This document shows positions 59,439 to 64,000 of a DNA stretch of 64,000 nucleotides, piece by piece. Both the position numbers and the translations under genes were made by a program. This stretch comes from Spirochaetia bacterium (lineage in GTDB: Bacteria > Spirochaetota > Spirochaetia > CADAEX01). The notes under the pieces were generated by a model. It saw only the letters and a program-made list of their open reading frames with translations. It searched no databases and was not told where the DNA came from. The first letter of the stretch is position 1. Each line of letters opens with the position of its first letter. The stretch is from NCBI GenBank assembly GCA_963662795.1, contig OY759746.1, forward strand, positions 1,856,001 to 1,920,000. The letters are read 5' to 3'.

Positions 59439-61244
59439 ATGAAACTAGAATTAAATCCTCGATTATTAACAGATATAATTGGTAAGGGGCAATATACACA
59501 GTTTAGATCAGTAATTGCCGAATATGTTGCAAATGCTTGGGATGCTGAAGCTAATTATATTAAAATTGAATTACCAGAAGATTTTACTAATAATCCAATA
59601 GTAATACAAGACAATGGAAAAGGAGTCGTAGTAGAAAAATTCTCAAGAGTTGGGTTTAACCAAAAAAGTGATTATTCAGTTACATTAGATTATAGACGTC
59701 CTCTTATGGGAATGAAAGGAATTGGAAGATTTGCTGGATTTGCTTTAGCAGAAAAAATAAAATACATTAGCAATAATGGCTTAGAAGAAATAGAATGCAT
59801 TTTTGAGCGTAAGCATTTATTAGAATTTAAAGATATTACAGAAGTTGATATACCTTTTAAAAAACGTGAACCGCTAGATGATAATATAGGAACAATAGTC
59901 GAATTATCAATAATTGATCAACAATATAAAATACCAACTCCAGAACAAGTAATAAGAGATTTACTACTAGATTTCGGAGCGGTTAAAGATTTTCAAATTG
60001 AAGTAAACGGAGAATTGTGCAAATATGATAAAGTTGAAGGAAATATAATTGAAATAGACGAAACTAATAGTATATTTGGGCACGTAAGTGGAAATATTAT
60101 AATTTCAAAAGCTAAAAGTAAAAAACTAGATCCTGGGATAATAATCCGTGTTAATGCAAGAAGAGTAGAAGGTCCAACTTTATTTAATATTGATAAAGAT
60201 GTTTCTAGCAAAATAATAAATCGTATATATGGCGATATCAATGCAGATGGATTAGAAGATATAATTACTTCTGGTAGAGAGGCTTTTATTCAACATGATG
60301 AAAGGTATGAAAACCTAGTTTATTTTATTAAAAATAAGCTCTCAGAAACTATTGATAAATATATAGATGATCCTGAAGAAAGTATTGAAGATATAATTTA
60401 TAATATTGATCGGTTTAAGAAAAGGTTAGATAGTAGTCCTCAACATATAAGAGACATTTGCCAAAGATATATAAAAAAAATATCTCCAAGGTTAGCAAGA
60501 GTTCGACATGATAGAGGTTTGTTAGAAATAATAGCTTTATTAATATTACGAGCAAGTGAAAATGCTGATATGTACACAATTTTAAATGAATTAGAAAAAA
60601 CAGAAAATACTGATATTAATGGTTTATCTAAAGTACTTTCCCATTGGGGATTTGGAGAAATTGTACATGCTACTTCTATGATTCAACATCGTTTAAAAAT
60701 ATTAACTCATTTTTCAAAAATTATTAATGATAAAAATACATTGGAATTACAGGAATTGCATAGAGTTTTAGAAAACAATATATGGATCATAGATGATAAA
60801 TATTCTTTATTCACAAGTAATCAAAGCCTTAATACAATAGCTAAAAAACTAGGAAAAGAATATGCCGGAGAATATCCTAGAAAACGACCAGATTTAATTC
60901 TAAAGCGAGATAGAAATGATATAATTCTTATAGAGTTAAAAGCTCCTAATGTAGAAGTAAAAATGATTGAAGTTACTCAGGCTTTGGAATATAGAACTGA
61001 ATTGAAAAAATTGTGTCCTGACGTCAGAGATATTCATGTTTTTTTAATTGGTAAAGATTATGATGAAACTAGTAGAGATAATTTTAAGGCAGGCAATAAT
61101 CAAAATGTTAATTTGCTTTCTTTAGATAGTTTGTCCCAAGATGCTGAAGCTAGATTAAGATGGTTAGCAGAAGCTTTTGAATTGCAATATTTAGAATTTA
61201 AAAATCAATATGACTATGATTTAAAAAAAGTTGAAGCATTATAG
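59439..61244 (+). CDS. GHKL (MORC/HSP90-like) ATPase fused to PD-(D/E)xK nuclease
   Basis: EYVANAWDA, DNGKG, GMKGIGR, GTIVEL; C-terminal RPDLI..IELK..QALEY. Confidence 0.8.
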   Translation: MKLELNPRLLTDIIGKGQYTQFRSVIAEYVANAWDAEANYIKIELPEDFTNNPIVIQDNGKGVVVEKFSRVGFNQKSDYSVTLDYRRPLMGMKGIGRFAGFALAEKIKYISNNGLEEIECIFERKHLLEFKDITEVDIPFKKREPLDDNIGTIVELSIIDQQYKIPTPEQVIRDLLLDFGAVKDFQIEVNGELCKYDKVEGNIIEIDETNSIFGHVSGNIIISKAKSKKLDPGIIIRVNARRVEGPTLFNIDKDVSSKIINRIYGDINADGLEDIITSGREAFIQHDERYENLVYFIKNKLSETIDKYIDDPEESIEDIIYNIDRFKKRLDSSPQHIRDICQRYIKKISPRLARVRHDRGLLEIIALLILRASENADMYTILNELEKTENTDINGLSKVLSHWGFGEIVHATSMIQHRLKILTHFSKIINDKNTLELQELHRVLENNIWIIDDKYSLFTSNQSLNTIAKKLGKEYAGEYPRKRPDLILKRDRNDIILIELKAPNVEVKMIEVTQALEYRTELKKLCPDVRDIHVFLIGKDYDETSRDNFKAGNNQNVNLLSLDSLSQDAEARLRWLAEAFELQYLEFKNQYDYDLKKVEAL

Positions 61245-61266
61245 ATAAAAGTCTATAAAATAATTA

Positions 61267-61559
61267 GTTAAGCCCTTGGCTCCGCCGTGCGGCCTTAACA
61301 ATAGGCGTGGATACTGGTGCATAACAGCGATTATTTCGCTGCGCTCCCTGTGGTCGCTTGGGCTCCTGCCAGTTGAGCTGGCAGATCGCCATATTTTGTA
61401 TTCATAAAACCGGAACAACATGTGTTTTGTGCTCTTCAAGTTTGTAAAAACCAAATAAAAGTATTTTAGAGTTTAGTCACAAAACATCGAATAATCGCGA
61501 GACGTTAGCAGCAATACGTCCCCAAGAGAACACCGCCCGGACCTCCGGCCCACGGGCGA
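61267..61559 (+). repeat. Composite attC-like site 35
   Basis: AAC ends 61325; GTT at 61504; left hairpin base covaries (GTTAAG/CTTAAC). Confidence 0.85.
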
Positions 61560-61572
61560 AGAAAATAGTAAC

Positions 61573-61634
61573 TGCTGTATAATATACTTTAAAAATAGAT
61601 ATAAATAGTTTTCTAGTTATTTAATATGTTAGGA
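61573..61634 (+). promoter_or_regulatory. Cassette-internal TATAAT box plus attI-like site (copy 4)
   Basis: CTGTATAAT..TAGTTTTCTAGTTATTTAATATG|TTAGG; crossover G61628. Confidence 0.7.
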
Positions 61635-62365
61635 TGACTCTTAGGGTCAATGAAAATTATAAAATGAAAGACATAATAGAAATAACGAATAGTTTTAATA
61701 ACACTTTTACTGAATATGGCTGGATAGCAACAGATGATTTCTCTGTTTCAATTATGGAAAAGGCTTTAGAAACATATCGTAATAAAGGAATTGCTTCAGC
61801 CGAAGACTACTTTTGTTCAGTATTTAATGATCAATATTTTAGTACTTGTATACACCGAATGAAAGCAATATTGATTTTTAAGGGTAGAGAACGTCTGGTA
61901 GAATTTGCATATATTGATCATAAAGAAAAAAGATTTCATGCATCAATTCCTGTTGTACTAAGTCAAATTGATGGACTTGTTCATGATATTGCAAAACAAA
62001 GTTTCTATGAAAGATATGAGAGAACAAAAATATTTCAATATACAAGTAAGATTACAGGTTTAGTCTCGACCTTAGATAAAGTAGCTCAAAATATGAATCA
62101 ATGTAGAAAGCAAACAAATTTTACACCATTAAACTTTCCGTATCGAAATGGAATATTACACGGACGTGATATCAATTACGATTCAGAAATAGTATCTACA
62201 AAATGTTTTTTTAATTTATTTGCTCTTAGAACCTGGGGATTGTTTATACAAAATAATGAGTTCGATAAAATATTAAATCCAAAACAATATATTAAAATAC
62301 CTGGTTTCGTAGTTGGGGATAAAATGAAACTTTATATGGAAGAGGCATTTAAAGAAAAAGTTTAA
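61634..62365 (+). CDS. HEPN-like hypothetical protein
   Basis: SQIDG and RNGILHG (Rx4H). Confidence 0.5.
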   Translation: MTLRVNENYKMKDIIEITNSFNNTFTEYGWIATDDFSVSIMEKALETYRNKGIASAEDYFCSVFNDQYFSTCIHRMKAILIFKGRERLVEFAYIDHKEKRFHASIPVVLSQIDGLVHDIAKQSFYERYERTKIFQYTSKITGLVSTLDKVAQNMNQCRKQTNFTPLNFPYRNGILHGRDINYDSEIVSTKCFFNLFALRTWGLFIQNNEFDKILNPKQYIKIPGFVVGDKMKLYMEEAFKEKV

Positions 62366-62478
62366 CAACTGCTTAATTTTGATATTTTCTTTGTCGCATT
62401 TAGTGCAGTCGCTGCGCATACGCATAAAATGTAACAAGTTTTAAAAGTACTAAAATACAGGTTAAGTAAATGTTAGAA
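62360..62478 (+). repeat. Treponema-type attC nested in wrapper
   Basis: TTTAAC (overlaps stop)..GCTTAA ... GGTTAAGTAAATG|TTAGAA; related to 45201-45319. Confidence 0.7.
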
Positions 62479-62504
62479 AGACGTTCCGTACAGGAAGGAA
62501 AGAG

Positions 62505-63104
62505 ATGGATCAAGTATTAATAATTATTTCTATAATAGGTGCAATAGTTACAGTAATTACATTCTCAGAAAAAATTACTAAAATTAAAAGTTTTCTGGTT
62601 AATTCATTTTCAAAAAAGAAAAATATTGAAATAAAAATAGTAAATAAAATGATTGAATACTATAATTTCTTTACCGAAAATATGGACAAAGAAAACTGTG
62701 AATTAAAATATTCAAAAATGGAAGATGAAATAGATTTTATTTTAAAAAATATTAAATACAAAATGGTTTTAAAATTTGATAACAAATTTATTGATAAATA
62801 TATGAAATATATAGGTTATAAAAAAGAATTTAGAACAACAGAAAATTTTTATAAATACAGTCATCTATATTTCAAAAATACAGACCTAATATTGGAATTA
62901 TCAAAAAGTACTTATAAAATTAAAATTGATAGATTAAATTTTCCATTAAAAGATATTTGGGGACAATTTCGAGCTAATCGTTTTATATTTTGTTCTCAAT
63001 ATAAAAAAAGGTGGGAAGGCGTACCTGAAATTGATAAAATATTTTTACAAGATATTGAAATGCCTATAAAATTATTAAAGATATACTATAATATAATTAT
63101 ATAA
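62505..63104 (+). CDS. Hypothetical protein with N-terminal TM helix
   Basis: ORF track; hydrophobic N-terminus. Confidence 0.55.
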   Translation: MDQVLIIISIIGAIVTVITFSEKITKIKSFLVNSFSKKKNIEIKIVNKMIEYYNFFTENMDKENCELKYSKMEDEIDFILKNIKYKMVLKFDNKFIDKYMKYIGYKKEFRTTENFYKYSHLYFKNTDLILELSKSTYKIKIDRLNFPLKDIWGQFRANRFIFCSQYKKRWEGVPEIDKIFLQDIEMPIKLLKIYYNIII

Positions 63105-63108
63105 GAAT

Positions 63109-63167
63109 TTTTAACAAATTGTTCAACTTGATTAGTCATTGCTTCATGAGTTAATAAAATGTTATAA
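63109..63167 (+). repeat. Short (59 bp) canonical-type attC nested in wrapper
   Basis: TTTTAAC..TCAACTTGA..TCATGAGTTAA..AATG|TTATAA. Confidence 0.55.
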
Positions 63168-63186
63168 AATTAAAATAGGGAAAGAA

Positions 63187-63459
63187 GTCCAGCCTTGGCT
63201 CCGCCGGGCGGCTTGGACAAGAAGCGGCTGGTACTGGAGCATAACAGCGGGTAAGAAACTGCGCTCGGAGTACCTCGCTTGGGCTTCGCCATATTTTGCT
63301 TTTAAACAACAAAAATAATTATTGTAATGTTCTTTTCAAGTTTTAAAAAAAGGACAAATGAGTATTATAGTTTTAACCGCAAAACATCTTTTACCCGCGG
63401 GACGTTCTCCGAAATACCGCCCCAAGATGCGATCGCCCGGACCTCCGGCCCACGGGCGA
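63187..63459 (+). repeat. Composite attC-like site 36
   Basis: AAC ends 63245; GTT at 63404. Confidence 0.85.
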
Positions 63460-63652
63460 GGGAAGACGGGCAAACAATTGTGTCTAATTTTAAATCAAAA
63501 GTATCTTATCAGCATTAAAGGATTAGAATAATTAATCTAATGTAAAGAATGCTAAATAAATCTCAATAAATTATATTGAAATTAAAAAGATGTATTGTAT
63601 ATTAAGAGTTTTAAGTGTATACTGTTGAGTGTATACTTAAAGAGGTTGAATT

Positions 63653-63898
63653 ATGGAAATAAGCACAAAAGAGCTCAGAATAAAACCTGGTAGAATTATT
63701 GAAAAAGTCTCACATGGACAGGAAGTTGTGGTAACTTTTAGAGGAAAAGCATTAGCTAGAATAGTTCCTATGGCTAATCATAACAAAAGTATTGACGAGA
63801 AAGAAAAAGAAGAACTTTTTGGATTATGGAAAAACCATAAAGATATTGAGAATGTTGATAATTATGTAAGAAAGATGAGAAAAGGAAGAGAATTTTGA
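63653..63898 (+). CDS. Phd/YefM family antitoxin
   Basis: ISTKELR..GQEVVVTFRGKALARIVP..LFGLWK. Confidence 0.85.
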   Translation: MEISTKELRIKPGRIIEKVSHGQEVVVTFRGKALARIVPMANHNKSIDEKEKEELFGLWKNHKDIENVDNYVRKMRKGREF

Positions 63899-64000
63899 TA
63901 ATCGATACAGATGTTATAATATGGTATCTAAGAGGAAATGAAAAAGCAAAAGAATTAATATATAAAAATATACCATTTAAAATGTCAGTAATAACTTATA
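63895..64000 (+). CDS. vapC: VapC PIN toxin (partial)
   Basis: TTG start overlapping the antitoxin stop; IIDTDVIIWYLRG. Confidence 0.75.
   Translation, partial: MIIDTDVIIWYLRGNEKAKELIYKNIPFKMSVITY

Larger units (their letters stand above)
277..64000 (+). mobile_element. Integron-like gene cassette array (continues beyond window)
   Basis: 36 related ...AAC / GTT... stem-forming sites separate co-oriented 1-3 gene units; tyrosine recombinase at 25692-26575. Confidence 0.9.

Noticed and set aside
481-60241. Short ORFs antisense to or nested within long + strand genes
   Set aside because: Shadow frames of AT-rich coding sequence with no recognisable motifs
1223-61454. Recurring short ORFs over the repeats (e.g. 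MVFTNLKSIKH.., ..RPSEVLRAQRIILC..)
   Set aside because: They are translations of the att-site sequence in varying frames with inconsistent starts and no RBS
1282-63459. CRISPR array interpretation of the recurring repeats
   Set aside because: Repeats are roughly 180-330 bp, structured and separated by whole genes; no cas genes or 30-40 bp spacers
1282-63459. Group II intron, retron or IS200/IS605 origin of the hairpins
   Set aside because: No reverse transcriptase or HUH transposase in the window; cannot be excluded in trans

Overview
This AT-rich 64 kb window, probably from a spirochaete (inferred from lipoboxes, a spirochaete-style FlgC-like segment and Treponema-like attC sites), lies wholly within a large integron-like gene-cassette array. 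I count 36 composite attC-like sites separating co-oriented (+ strand) cassettes. The cargo is mostly defence-type genes: 2 SIR2, 2 TIR, HEPN-like, OLD, PHP-ATPase, GHKL-nuclease, 3 R-M systems, and 8 type II TA pairs plus one decayed pair. A complete IS4 and a partial IS21 are also present. The architecture is non-canonical in three ways. (1) Native cassettes are bracketed by cassette-specific ~20-bp imperfect terminal inverted repeats (about 20 'barcodes'; 34 of 35 complete units match end to end) plus GC-rich hairpins that extend the attC stem. (2) Five 'wrapper' cassettes carry a TATAAT box and an internal attI-like site, four of them sharing one motif, into which ordinary foreign-type cassettes are nested. 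All canonical attC sites I found lie inside such wrappers. (3) The only recombinase is a short tyrosine integrase that lacks the IntI-specific insertion, is split by a -1 frameshift in an A7 run, ends in a clamp-binding-like motif, and sits with a mazEF pair inside a barcode-matched unit. All calls are by-eye motif recognition; no searches were run.
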